Below, piece by piece: positions 10,736 to 23,038 of a stretch of DNA of 64,000 nucleotides. Position numbers and translations under genes: made by a program. The notes beneath the pieces were generated by a model. The model was not told the origin of the DNA. It saw only the letters and a list, made by a program, of their open reading frames with translations, and did not search any database. Within the stretch, counting starts at the first letter, position 1. Every line of letters starts with the position of its first letter. Origin of the DNA: Mobula hypostoma (taxonomy: Eukaryota); contig NC_086097.1 of NCBI RefSeq assembly GCF_963921235.1, positions 200,448,001 to 200,512,000 of the forward strand, read 5' to 3'.

Positions 10736-13340
10736 TCAGAATTAGAATCAGGTTCAATATCACCGGCATATGTTGTGAATTTTGATGTCTGTGGCAGCAA
10801 TATACTGCAATTCATAATATCAGAAAAAAATCATTAATTACAGTAAGTATGTGTGTATATATAAGAGTTATAGAGAATTACAGCACAGAAACGGACCCTT
10901 CGGCCCATTTAAACTGCCTACTCCCAACGACCTGCCCTCTATTTCCAACTATCTATATACTTCTCTCAAACATTCAAATTGAGCTTGCATACACCACTTG
11001 TGCTGGCAGCTCATTCCACACTCTTACAACACTCTGAGCGAAGTTGTTCCCCTCATGTTCCCCTTAAATTTTTCACCCTTAACCTATGACCTCTGGTTGT
11101 AGTCCCACCCAACCTCCATGGAAAAAGCCTGCTTGCATTTACCCTATCTATATCCCTCACACTTTTGTATACCTCTTTCAAATCTCCTCTCAATCATCTG
11201 CATTCTAAGGAATACAGTCTTTCCTTATAACTCAGGTCCTCCAGGCTCGGCAATGTACTTGTAAATTTTCTCTGCACTCTTTCAACTTTCCAGTAAGTAG
11301 GTGACCAAAACTTCTCACAGTACTCCAAATTAGGCCTCACCCACGTCTTATACAACTTCAACACAACATCCCACCTTCTGTACTCAATACATTGACTTAT
11401 GAAGGCCAATTTGCCAACAGCTTTCTTTATGACTCTACCTGTGATGCTACTTTCAAAAAGTTATGTAACTGCATTCCCAGATCCTAAATAGTTAAATTAA
11501 ATAAGTAGTGCATGAAATAAGCATGAAAAAAATAGTGAGGTAGTGTTCACGGGTTCAATGCCCATTAAGAAATTGGATGGCACTGTGGAAGAAGCTGTTC
11601 CTGAATCGTTGAGTGTGTGCCTTCAGGCATCTGTACCTCCTTCCTATAGGTAGCAATGAAAACCTGGGTGGTAGGGTCCTTAATGACGGATGCAGCCTTT
11701 TTGAGGCATCGCTCTTTGAAGATGTCCTGGATACTACAGAGGCTAGTACCCATGATGGAGCTGACTAAACTTACAACTCTCTGCAGTTTATTTCAATCCT
11801 GTGCAGTAGCCCCCGCATACGAGATGGTGATGCAGCCAGTCAAAATTGAATTGAATTGACTTTATTTCTTACGTCCTTCACATACATGAGTAGTAAAAAT
11901 CTTTACGTTACGTTTCTATCTAAATGTGCAATGTGCAGTCATAGTAGTTTATAGTAATTTATAATAAATAAAACAGTCAATGTAACATAGAAATACTCTC
12001 AGATCAGCATGAGTTAATCAGTCTGATGGCCTGATGGAAGAAGCTGTCCTGGAGCCTGTTGGTCCTGGCTTTTATGCTGCGATACTGTTTCCCAGATGGT
12101 AGCAGCTGGAATGACTGGGGTGACTTGGGTCCCCAGTGATCCTTTGAGCCCATTTTTTCACACCTGTCTTTGTAAATGTCCTGAATCATGGAAAGTTCAC
12201 AACTACAGATGTGCAGGGCTGTCTGCACCACTCTCTGCAGAACCCTGCGATTAAGGGAGGTACAGTTTCCATACCAGGCAGTGATGCCGACTGTCAGGAT
12301 GCTCTCAATTGTGCTCCTGCAGAAAGTTCTTAGGATTTGGGGGCCCATACCAAACTTCCTCAACTGTCTGAGGTGAAAGAGGTGCTGTTGTGCTTTTTTT
12401 TTAACCATACAGCTGGTATGTACAGACCACGTGAAGTCCTCGGTCATGTGGATGTTGAGGAACTTGAAGCTCTGCATGGTACATCTGTAGAAATTTGCAA
12501 GCGTCTTTAGTGACGTACCAAATCTTCTCTTGCTTCAAATAAAATATGGCCATGGTTGTGCCTTCTTTGTAGCTACATTAATATGTTGGGTCCAGGATAG
12601 ATCCTCAGAGATATTGACACCTAGGAACCTAAAGTTGCTCACTCTTTCCACTTTTGATCCCTCTAAGAGGACTGGTGTGCATTCCCTCGTCTTACCCTTT
12701 CTGAAGTCTACAATTAGTTCTTTGGCCTTACTGATAATGATGGCAAGGTTGTTGTTGTAATAGCACTCAACTAGCTGATATATCTCACTCTTGTATGCCC
12801 TCTCATCAACATCTGAAATTCTGCCAACAATATATGTATTGAGCAAAATTTATAGATGGATTTGAGCTGTGCCTAGCCACACAGTCATGGATGTAGAGAG
12901 AATGGGCTAGCACACATCTTGCAGTGCACCAGTGTTGATTGTCAGCGAGGTGAAGATGTTGTTTCTGATCTGCACAGATTGTGGTCTTCCAGTTAGGAAG
13001 TCGAGAATCTGGTTGCAGAGGGATCTACAGAGTTCCGGAGCTTTTCAATCAGAACTGTAGGAATTATTGTGTTAAATGCCGAGCTGTGGTTATTAAATAG
13101 CATCCTGATATAGGTATTTGTATTGTCCATGTGATACAAGGCCACGTAAAGAGCCAATGAGATCAAAGTGCTGTAGACCTATTGTGACAATAGGCAAATT
13201 GCAATGGGTCCAGGACCTTGCTGAGATAGGAGTTAATTCTAGCCATAGCCAACTTCTCAAAGTACTTGGTCACTGTAGATATGAATCCTACTGGATGATA
13301 GGCATTAAGGCAGCTCACCCTGTTCTTCTTGGGCACTGGT
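10736..13340 (-). mobile_element. Stack of nested Rex1/Babar-like LINE fragments containing a CR1 3' fragment (10862-11485)
   Basis: ORFs 11565..11753, 12004..12477, 12535..12846 and 13163..13429 (DPLQFAY). Tails (AATCAG)n at 10733 and (AATTG)n at 11845. CR1 ORF 11194..11409. Confidence 0.85.
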
Positions 13341-15633
13341 AACATAGAAAATAGGTGCAGGAGTAGGCCATTCGGCCCTTCGAGCCTGCACCGCCATTCA
13401 GTATGATCATGGCTGATCATCCAACTCAAAACCCTGTACCAGCCTCTCCTCCTTACCCCCTGATCCCTTTAGCCACAAGGGCCATGTCTAACTCCCTCTT
13501 AAATATACCCAATGAACTGGCCTCAACTGTTTCCTGTGGCAGAGAATTCCACAGATTCACCACTCTCTATGTGAAGAAGTTTTTCCTAATCTTGGTCCTA
13601 AAAGGCTTCCCCTTTATCCTCAAACTGTGACCCCTCGTTCTGGACTTCCCCAACATCGGGATCAATCTTCCTGCATCTAGCCTGTCCAATCCCTTTAGGA
13701 TTTTATATGTTTCAATCAGATACCCCCTCAATCTTCTAAATTCCAACGAGTATAAGCCTAGTTCATCCAGTCTTTCATCATATGAAAGTCCTGCCATCCC
13801 AGGAATCAATCTGGTGAACCTTCTTTGTACTCCCTCTATGGCAAGGATGTCTTTCCTCAGATTAGGGGACCAAAACTGCACACAATACTCCAGGTGTGGT
13901 CTCACCAAGGCCTTGTACAACCGTAGTAGTACCTCCTTGCTCCTGTACTCGAATCCTCTTGCTATAAATCCCAGCATACCATTCCCTTTTTCACTGCCTG
14001 CTGTACCTGCATGCCCACTTTCAATGGCTGGTGTATAATGACACCCAGGTCTCGTTGCACCTCCCCTTTTCCTAATCGGCCACCATTCAGATAATAATCT
14101 GTTTTCCTGTTTTTGCCACCAAGGTGGATAACTTCACATTTATCCACATTAAATTGCATCTGCCATGAATTTGCCCACTCACCTAACCTATCCAAGTCAC
14201 CCTGCATCCTCTTAGCATCCTCCTCACAGCTAACACTGCCGCCCAGCTTCATGTCATCCACAAACTTGGAGATGCTGCATTTAATTCCCTCATCCAAGTC
14301 ATTAATATATATTGTAAACAACTGGGGTCCCAGCACTGAGCCTTGCGGTACCCCACTAGTCACTGCCTGCCATTCTGAAAAGGTCCCATTTATTCCCACT
14401 CTTTGCTTCCTGTCTGCCAACCAATTCTCTATCCACATCAATACCTTACCCCCAATACCGTGTGCTTTAAGTTTGCACACTAATCTCCTGTGTGGGACCT
14501 TGTCAAAAGCCTTTTGAAAATCCAAATATACTACATCCACTGGTTCTCCCCTATCCACTCTACTAGTTACATCCTCAAAAAATTCTATGAGATTCGTCAG
14601 ACGTGATTTCCCTTTCACAAATCCATGCTGACTTTGTCCGATCATTTCACCGCTTTCCAAATGTGCTGTTATCACATCTTTGATAACTGACTCTAGCAGT
14701 TTCCCCACCACCGATGTTAGGCTAACCAGTCTATAATTCCCTGGTTTCTCTCTCCCTCCTTTTTTAAAAAGTGGGGTTACATTAGCCACCCTCCAATCCT
14801 CAGGAACCAGTCCAGAATCTAAAGAGTTTTGAAAAATTATCACTAATGCATCCATTATTTCTTGGGCTACTTCCTTAAGCACTCTGGGATGCAGACCATC
14901 TGGCCCTGGGGATTTATCTGACTTTAATCCCTTCAATTTACCTAACACCACTTCCCTACTAACATGTATTTCCCTCAGTTCCTCCATCTCACTGGACCCT
15001 CTGTCCTCTACTATTTCCGGAAGATTATTTATGTCCTCCTTAGTGAAGACAGAACCAAAGTAATTATTCAATTGGTCTGCCATATCCTTGCTCCCCATAA
15101 TCAATTCACCTGTTTCTGTCTGTAGGGGACCTACATTTGTCATAACCAATCTTTTTCTTTTCACATATCTATAAAAGCTTTTACAGTCAGTTTTTATGTT
15201 CCCTGCCAGTTTTCTCTCATAATCTTTTTTCCCCTTCCTAATTAAGCCCTTTGTCCTCCTCTGCTGAACTCTGAATTTCTCCCAGTCCTCAGGTGAGCCA
15301 CTTTTTCTGGCTAACTTGTATGTTTCTTCTTTGGAATTGATACTATCCCTAATTTCTCTTGTCAGCCACGGGTGCACTACCTTCCTTGATTTATTCTTTT
15401 GCCAAACTGGGATGAACAATTGTTGTAGTTCATCCATGCGATCTTTAAATGCTTGCCATTGCATATCCACCGTCAATCCTTTAAGTGTCATTTGCCAGTC
15501 TATCTTAGCTAATTCACGTCTCATACCTTCAAAGTTACCCTTCTTTAAGTTCAGAACCTTTGTTACTGAATTAACTATGTCACTCTCCATCTTAATGAAG
15601 AATTCCACCATATTATGGTCACTCTTACCCAGG
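13341..15633 (-). mobile_element. CR1-clade LINE, 5'-truncated, same young family as 1093-4153
   Basis: ORF 13962..15788 (from LGKSDHN; RT motif reads FVDD) and ORF 13567..13977. Near-identical by eye to the 1.1-3.4 kb copy. GGTA occurs at both junctions. Confidence 0.95.
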
Positions 15634-16660
15634 GGTATAATTGTTGCCCTTTTGAAGCAAGTGGAAACTTTCACGTGTAACAATGAGAAACTGAAAACGT
15701 CTTTGAATACCCTTGTCAGTAGGCTGTCACAGGTTTTTAGACCCCTACCAGATACTCTAGCGAGGTCTGTCACCTTGTGAGGGTTCATCCTTTAGAAGGA
15801 CAGCCTGACATCGGCCTCTGATACAGAGATCACTGGGTGACTGGCTGCAGCAGGGATCCTCATTGCAGTATTATTACTCTCCCTTTCAAAGCAAGCATAG
15901 AGAGCATTGAGCTCATCTGGATGTGAAGCATCACTCCCATTCATGATGTTAGGTTTTGTTTTATAGGAAGTAATGGCCTTCAAACCCTGCCAGAGTTGAC
16001 GTACATCCAATCACTGCTCCAACCTCATTTGGACTTTTTCCTTCGCCCCCACAAGTCAACATTGGTTTTCTTGTACAGACCTAGATTGCCAGACTTGAAT
16101 GCTGCAGATCTAGCCCTCATCAGACTACAAACCCACTGGTTCATTCACAGCTGTTGATTTGAGTATGGACATTATGCTTTCATAGGCACACACTTAACCA
16201 CACTGATTTTAATGAAGTCAGTGACAGCTGTGGTGCACTCACTCAGACTCAAAGATGAATCCCCGAATACAGTTCAGTCCATCAATTCAAAGCAATCCTG
16301 TAAGCGCTCCTGCACCTCCCTTGCCCATACTCTCTCTGCTCCTACTCCTGGTACTGCATCCTTCAGCTTCTGCCTGTACTCAGGGAGTAGAAATACAGTC
16401 AGGGGATCAGACTTTCCAAAGTGTGGGCGTGGGATAGCATGGTAAGCACTCTTGATGGTGGTCTAACGGTGGTCCATTGTGTTGCTTCTTTTGGTACTAC
16501 AAGTGATTTGTTGGTAATAATTATTTAGAGACTTTTAGAAGCCGGTCTGGTTAAGATCCCCCAAAATGATAGGAAGGTGTCAGGATGCACTGTTTCCTCC
16601 AGAGCCTGTTTTACACTGGCCTGAAGTGGGATGTACAGTTACCAAGATGATAGCTGAAAT
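15634..16660 (-). mobile_element. Rex1/Babar-like LINE, upstream part, continuing the element interrupted at 13340
   Basis: ORF 15792..16010 (RQLWQGLKAITSYK…PDELNALYACFE). The junction reconstitutes GGGCACTGGTATAATTGTTGCC. Confidence 0.85.
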
Positions 16661-16719
16661 CTCCCATGGCAGATAAAATAGATGATATTTGATCATGATA
16701 TGTTTCAGGTTGCGTGAGC

Positions 16720-17290
16720 AGGACTGGGACAGCACCTTAAAGGTCTGAAAGTAGTTAATCATCTGACCAGATGGACTACACCCCAGGGTTCTGAACGAGA
16801 TAGCTGAAGAGATTGTGGAGGCGTTAGTAATGATCTTTCAAGAATCACTAGATTCTGGCATGGTTCCAGAGGACTAGAAAATTGCAAATGTCACACCACA
16901 CTCCAAGAGGGGAGGAAGACAGAAAGGAAATTATAAGCCAGTTAGTCTGACCTCAGTAATTAGGAAGATGTTGGATTTGATTGCTAAGGATGGAGGTTTC
17001 AGGGTACTTGTAGGCATATGATAAAATGGGTCAAAGTCATCATGGTTTCCTCAAGGGAAAATTTTTCCTGACAAATCGGTTGGAGTTCTTTAAAGAAATA
17101 CCAAGAAGAATAGACAAAGAAGAATTGCTGGCTGTTGTGCTCTTGGATTTTTAAGAGGCCTTTGACAAGGTTCCACGCATGAAGCTACTTAGCAAGATAA
17201 GAGCCCATTGTATGACAGGAAAGATGGCGACGTGTCTCAGTGAGACAAATGGTCTAATTCTGCTTCATTGTCTAATGGTCTTATGGATAA
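16720..17290 (+). mobile_element. CR1 RT fragment with internal deletion
   Basis: PDGLHPRVL…VPED…NYKPVSLTS…HHGF…AFDKVPRMKLLSKIRAH. Confidence 0.8.
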
Positions 17291-17430
17291 ATATTTTCAG
17301 AATACACTTTAGAAGGTTGTGTAATGCACTGACAAGGTATACTTTGAACAGAGCCAGCACAGGTAGGATGGATGTTGCAGCCTTATTCTGAGCTAGATGG
17401 AATCATGAACTACTGTTAACAAAGATAATG

Positions 17431-17458
17431 ATATATATATATATATATATATATATAT
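17431..17458. repeat. (AT)14 microsatellite
   Basis: Direct reading. Confidence 0.95.
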
Positions 17459-17602
17459 CATAGGCTTAGCAGTACCGACTCAAATATATCTATTGTAGTC
17501 ATGTACAAATTGGATCCTAAAGCAAGTGGGTATGTGGTGATCCTTTGATATACAATTTTATGTCTAGGATGGTGGTGAATATTGGTAGCTTGGGTTGAGG
17601 AT

Positions 17603-17745
17603 TTTGATGCTGTGGTGTTCGTCGAGCTTGGCAATTAGCTTGCAGACATTTCATTACCAGTCGTGTGCGCTGAGGATGTCACCTCGACGGGTGATGAAAC
17701 ATCTGCAAGCTTATTGCTAAGCTCAACACACATTGCAACATCAAA
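17603..17745. mobile_element. Fold-back mini-element of a second hammerhead-bearing (Penelope-like) family
   Basis: 61-bp imperfect inverted repeat (17603-17663 / 17685-17745, 48/61 matches by hand), with a hammerhead spanning the centre and the right arm. Confidence 0.7.
17666..17707 (+). ncRNA. Minimal type I hammerhead ribozyme motif
   Basis: UGCG-CUGAGGA-U-GUCACC-UCGACG-GGUGAU-GAAA-C-AUC^UGCA: 4-bp stem I, 6-bp stem II, intact core boxes. Confidence 0.7.
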
Positions 17746-18039
17746 CAATTATATGTATTGAAGGTTAATATAAGCAATTACTGCATGGATATTTTATTAC
17801 CATTACATAATACCACCAAAATCCTCCATCTACTTGCAGTGGACTTTCTCTTAACTGCAACACAATATTCTGCATTTTGTTATTGCTTTTCCCTTATACT
17901 ACTTCAATCTAGTTATAATTTGCAATTATCTGTATGGATGGTTAAAATTAAGATTTCCACAGTGCATGTAACAATAATAAACCAATTCCAATATCAAGTA
18001 TGGGTCGTAACTAAAAGGTTTTTAAAAATAACTTCAAAA

Positions 18040-19155
18040 TCAGAATCAGGTTTAATATCACTGGCATATGCTACGAAATTTGTTGTTCTGTGGCAGCTGC
18101 ACTTTGCAATACATAATAATGTATTATTAGACCCCTCATGTTAGACCGTTTGAGGTAACTTATTATTCTTCCTTATTTCTCTTCTAATATTTGTATGTTT
18201 GGATATCTCTGCACTTGTAATGCTACTGTGACACTGTAATTTCCTTTGGGATCAATAAAGTACCTGCTCTGCAGAAGGACTTGGGAATACTTGTTCATGA
18301 ATCACAAAAGACTGGTTTGCAGGTACAGCTGGCTATCAAGAAGGATTGAATATAAGAGCAGGGAGGTTATGCTGAATCCATACAGGGTTCTGGTGAGGCC
18401 GCACCTGGAGTACTGCCTGCAGCTCTGGTCTCCTTACTTGAGGAAGAATATACTGGCTTTGGAGGCAGTGCAGAAGAGGTTCACCAGGTTGATACCAGAG
18501 ATAGGGATTTGGTCTATAAGGAGAGATTGAGTTGCCCGGGACTGTTCTCACAGGAATTCAGAAGAATGAAAGGAGATCTTATAGAAACATATAAAATTAT
18601 GAAGATGGTTATTATGAATAAAATTTAAAATATGTTGGGCCCAGGATAGATCTTCAGAGATTTGATTCCCAGGGACTTGAAGCTGCTCACTATTTCCACT
18701 GTTGATCCCCCAAAGAGGACTGGTGGGTTTTCCCTCAGCTTCCCCTTCCTGAAGTCCACAGTCAATTCTTTGGTCTTACTGTCGTTGAGTTCAAGTTTTT
18801 GGATGCGACACCATGAAACCAGTTGATCTACCTCATTCCTGTATGCCTCCTTGTCACCATCTGAAATTCTGCCAATATTAGTTGTGTCATCGGCAGATTT
18901 TCAGTACCCTACCAAGTATACCCACAGGGCCTGGTGCCTTACCACAGTTCACCCTCTTGAAAGATGTGCTGAGGATTGGCCTCCGAGACTGAGATTGCAG
19001 GGTCACCAGATACTGCAGAGTTTTGCGCAGGTGTCATTTTATTCTCATTTTCAAAGCGTGCATAAAAGGTATTGATCTCATCTGTTAGTTTTTGCCTTGT
19101 AAGAAGTATTGGCCTGCAAATACTGCCAGAACTGATGGGCATCCAAATCCATCTC
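18040..19155. mobile_element. Mixed fragments: Rex-like tails, a CR1 RT fragment (+, 18263-18605) and a Rex-like element (-, 18630-19155, resuming at 23376-23730)
   Basis: ORF 18246..18530 (LVRPHLEYC) and ORF 18939..19142 (DEINTFYARFE). The tail at 18140-18260 matches 60775-60890. Confidence 0.75.
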
Positions 19156-19222
19156 TAGAACATAGAACATAGAATAGTACAGCACAGTACAGGCCCTTCG
19201 GCCCACAATGTTGTGCTGACCC

Positions 19223-21964
19223 TCAACCTCTGCCTCCCATATAAGCCCCCATCTTAAATTCCTCCATATACCTGTCTAGTAGTCTCTTAAACTTCACTAG
19301 TCTATCTGCCTCCACCACTGACTCAGGCAGTGCATTCCACGCACCAACCACTCTCTGAGTAAAAAACCTTCCTCTAATATCCCCCTTGAACTTCCCACCC
19401 CTTATCTTAAAGCCATGTCCTCTTGTACTGAGCAGTGGTGCCCTGGGAAAGAGGCACTGGCTATCCACTCTATCTATTCCTCTTATTATCTTGTACAGCT
19501 CTATCATGTCTCCTCTCATCCTCCTTCTCTCCAAAGAGTAAAGCCCTAGCTCCCTTAATCTCTGATCATAATGCATACTTTCTAAACCAGGCAGCATCCT
19601 GGTAAATCTACTCTGTACCCTTTCCAATGCTTCCACATCCTTCCTATAGTGAAATGACCAGAACTGGATACAGTACTCCAAGTGTGGCCTAACCAGAGTT
19701 TTATAGAGCTGCATCATTACATCGCAACTCTTAAACTCTATCCCTCGACTTATGAAAGCTAACACCCCATAAGCTTTCTTAACTATCCTATCGACCTGTG
19801 AGACATGTACGTCCACTGCTCCTCCACACTACCAAGTATCCTGCCATTTACTTTGTACTCTGCCTTGGAGTTTGTCCTTCCAAAGTGTACCACCTCAAAC
19901 TTCTCCGGGTTGAACTCCATCTGCCACTTCTCAGCCCACTTCTGCATCCTATCAATGTCTCTCTGCAATCTTTGACAATCCTCTACACTATCTACAACAC
20001 CACCAACTGTCTGCAAACTTGCCAACCCACCCTTCTACCCCCACATCCAGGTCATTAATAAAAATCACGAAAAGTAGAGGTCCCAGAACAGATCCTTGTG
20101 GAACATCACTAGTCACAATCCTCCAATCTGAATATACTCCCTCCACCACTACCCTCTGCCTTCTGCAGGAAAACCAATTCTGAATCCACCTGGCCAAACT
20201 TCCCTGGATCTCATGCCTTCTAACTTTCTGAATAAGCCTACCGTGTGGAACCTTGTCAAGTGCCTTACTAAAATCCATATAGATCACATCCTCTACACTA
20301 CCCTCATCTATATGCCTGATCACCTCCTCAAAGAACTCTATCAGGCTTGTTAGACACGATCTGCCCTTCACAAAGCCATGCTGACTGTCCCTGATCAGAC
20401 CATGATTCTCTAAATGCCTATAGATCCTATCTCTAAGAATCTTTTCCAACAGCTTTCCCACCACAGACGTAAGGCTCACTGGTCTATAATTACCCAGACT
20501 ATCCCTACTACCTTTTTTGAACAAGGGGACAACATTCGCCTCCCTCCAATCCTCCGGTACCATTCCCGTGGACAACGAGGACATAAAGATCCTAGCCAGA
20601 GGCTCAGCAATCTCTTCTCTCGCCTCGTGGAGCAGCCCGGGGAATATTCCATCAGGCCCCAGGGACTTATCTGTCCTAATGTATTTTAACAACTCCAACA
20701 CCTCCTCTCCCTTAATATCAACATGCTCCAGAACATCAACCTCACTCATATTGTCCTCACCAAGTTCCCTCTCATTGATGAATACCGAAGAGAAGTATTC
20801 ATTGAGGACCTCACTCACTTCCACAGCCTTCAGGCACATCTTCCCACCTTTATCTCTAATCGGTCCTACCTTCACTTCTGTCATCCTTTTTTTCTTCACA
20901 TAATTGAAGAATGCCTTGGGGTTTTCCTTTATCCTACTCGCCAAGGCCTTCTCATGTCCCCTTCTTGCTCTTCTCAGCCCCTTCTTAAGCTCCTTTCTTG
21001 CTTCCCTATATTCCTCAATAGACCCATCTCATCCTTGCTTCCTAAACCTCATGTATGCTGCCTTCTTCCACCTGACTAGATTTTCCACCTCACTTGTCAC
21101 CCATAGTTCCTTCATCCTCCCATTCTTTATCCTCCTCACTAGGACAAATTTATCCCTCACATCCCGCAAGAGATCTCTGAACATCGACCACATGTTCATA
21201 GTACATTTCCCTGCAAAAACATCATCCCAATTCACACCCGCAAGTTCTAGCCTTATAGCCTCATAATTTACCTTTCCCCAATTAAAAATTTTCCTGTCCT
21301 CTCTGATTCTATCCTTTTCCATGATAATGCTAAAGGCCAGGGAGCGGTGGTCACTGTCCCCCAGATGCTCACCCACTGAGAGATCTGTGACCTGACTCGG
21401 TTCATTACCTAGTACTAGATCTAGTATGGCATTCCCCCTGGTTGGCCTGTCCACATACTGTGACAGGAATCTGTCCTGGACACACTTAACAAACTCTGCC
21501 CCATCTAAACCCTTGGAACTAATCAGGTGCCAATCAATATTAGGGAAGTTAAAGTCACCCATGATAACAACCCTGTTATTTTTGCACCTTTCCAAAATCT
21601 GCCTCCCAATCTGCTCCTCTGTATCTCTGCTGCTACCAGGGGGCCTATAGAATACCCCCAATAGAGTAACTGCTCCCTTCCTGTTCCTGACTTCCACCCA
21701 TATTGACTCAAAAGAGGATCCTGCTATATTACCCACCCTTTCTGTAGCTGTAATAGTATCCCTGACCAGTAATGCCACCCCTCCTCCCCTTTTTCCACCC
21801 TCTCTATCCCTTTTAAAGCACTGAAATCCAGGAATATTGAGAATCCATTCCTGCCCTGGTGCCAGCCAAGTCTCTGTAATGGCCACTACATCATAATTCC
21901 ATGTATGTATCCAAGCTCTCAGTTCATCACCTTTCTTCCTGATGCTTCTTGCATTGAGGTACAC
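19223..21964 (-). pseudogene. CR1 ORF2: APE endonuclease + reverse transcriptase, disrupted
   Basis: YLNARSI, VAITETW, GDFN, SDH, QHGF and PQGSVLGP motifs. Premature stop at ~21030; frameshifting deletions at ~20010 and ~19800. Confidence 0.92.
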
Positions 21965-22110
21965 ACATTTCAGCCCTTCTACCTCACTGTCTTTACACCG
22001 TTTATTCTGCTTCTCTTTCCTCTATGTTAGATCTGGCTTTACTCCATGCACTTCTTTCACTGCTCTATCGCTTTGGGTCCCATCCCCCTCGCAAATTAGT
22101 TTAAACCCTC

Positions 22111-23038
22111 CTAAACCATGCCAGCGAACCTACCTGCAAGGATACTGCTCCCCCTCGAGTTCAGGTGCAACCCATCCAATCTGTACAGGTCCCACCTTCC
22201 CCAGAAGAGAACCCAATGATCTAAAAATCTAAAACCCTGCTCCCTGCACCAACTCCTCGGCCACGCATTCAACTGCCATCTCCTCCAATTCTTACCATCA
22301 CTGTCATGTAGCACTGGCAGCAATCCTGAGAACGCCACCCTTGAGGTCCTGTTCTTCAGCCTCCTGCCTAGTTCCCGAAACTCACACTTCAGGACCTCAT
22401 CCCTCTTCCTGCCTATGTAGTTGGTCCCAACATGTATCACGACTTCTGGTTGCTTTCCCTCTCATACCAGGATGTCATGCACCTGGTCAGAGACATCCCG
22501 GACCCTGGCACCCAGGAGGCAACAAACCATGCGGGTGTCCTTCTCACGTCCACAAAATCTCCTGTCTGTTCCCCTGACTACAGAGTCTCCAATGATGACA
22601 GCTCTCCTCTTCTCCGTCCCACCCTTCTGTACTGCAGGGTCAGATTCAGTGCCAGAGGCCCTGCCACCGTGGCTCACACCTAGTCGGTCGTCCCCGCTGA
22701 CAGTATCCAGGACGGTAAACTTATTATTCAGGGGAATGGCTACAGGGGTGCTCTGCACTACCTGTCTGCTCACCTTCACTTTCCCCCCTCTGACTGTCAT
22801 CCAACGACCTGCTTCCGACAGCCTAGGTGTGACTACCTCCCTGTAGCTCTCATCTATGACTGCCTCATTCTCTCTTATGAGTCGAAGGTCATCCAGCTGC
22901 TGCTCCAAATTCCTTACACGGTCTTCCAGATTGCCCAGCCGTATACACTTCCGGCAGATGTGACTCTGCGGGAGAGGGGAGTTCCCCCAAGACTGCCACA
23001 TCTCACACGAGAGGCACATCACCGTCTCAGGAGACATT
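22111..23038 (-). pseudogene. CR1 ORF1: CxxC-x13-CxxC zinc finger, coiled coil and SGNH/GDSL esterase-like domain, with one in-frame TGA
   Basis: CLSC…ICRKC, LEDRVRNLEQQLDDL, IIGDSVVRG, HVGTN and DGLHL motifs. TGA at 22462-22464. Confidence 0.9.
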
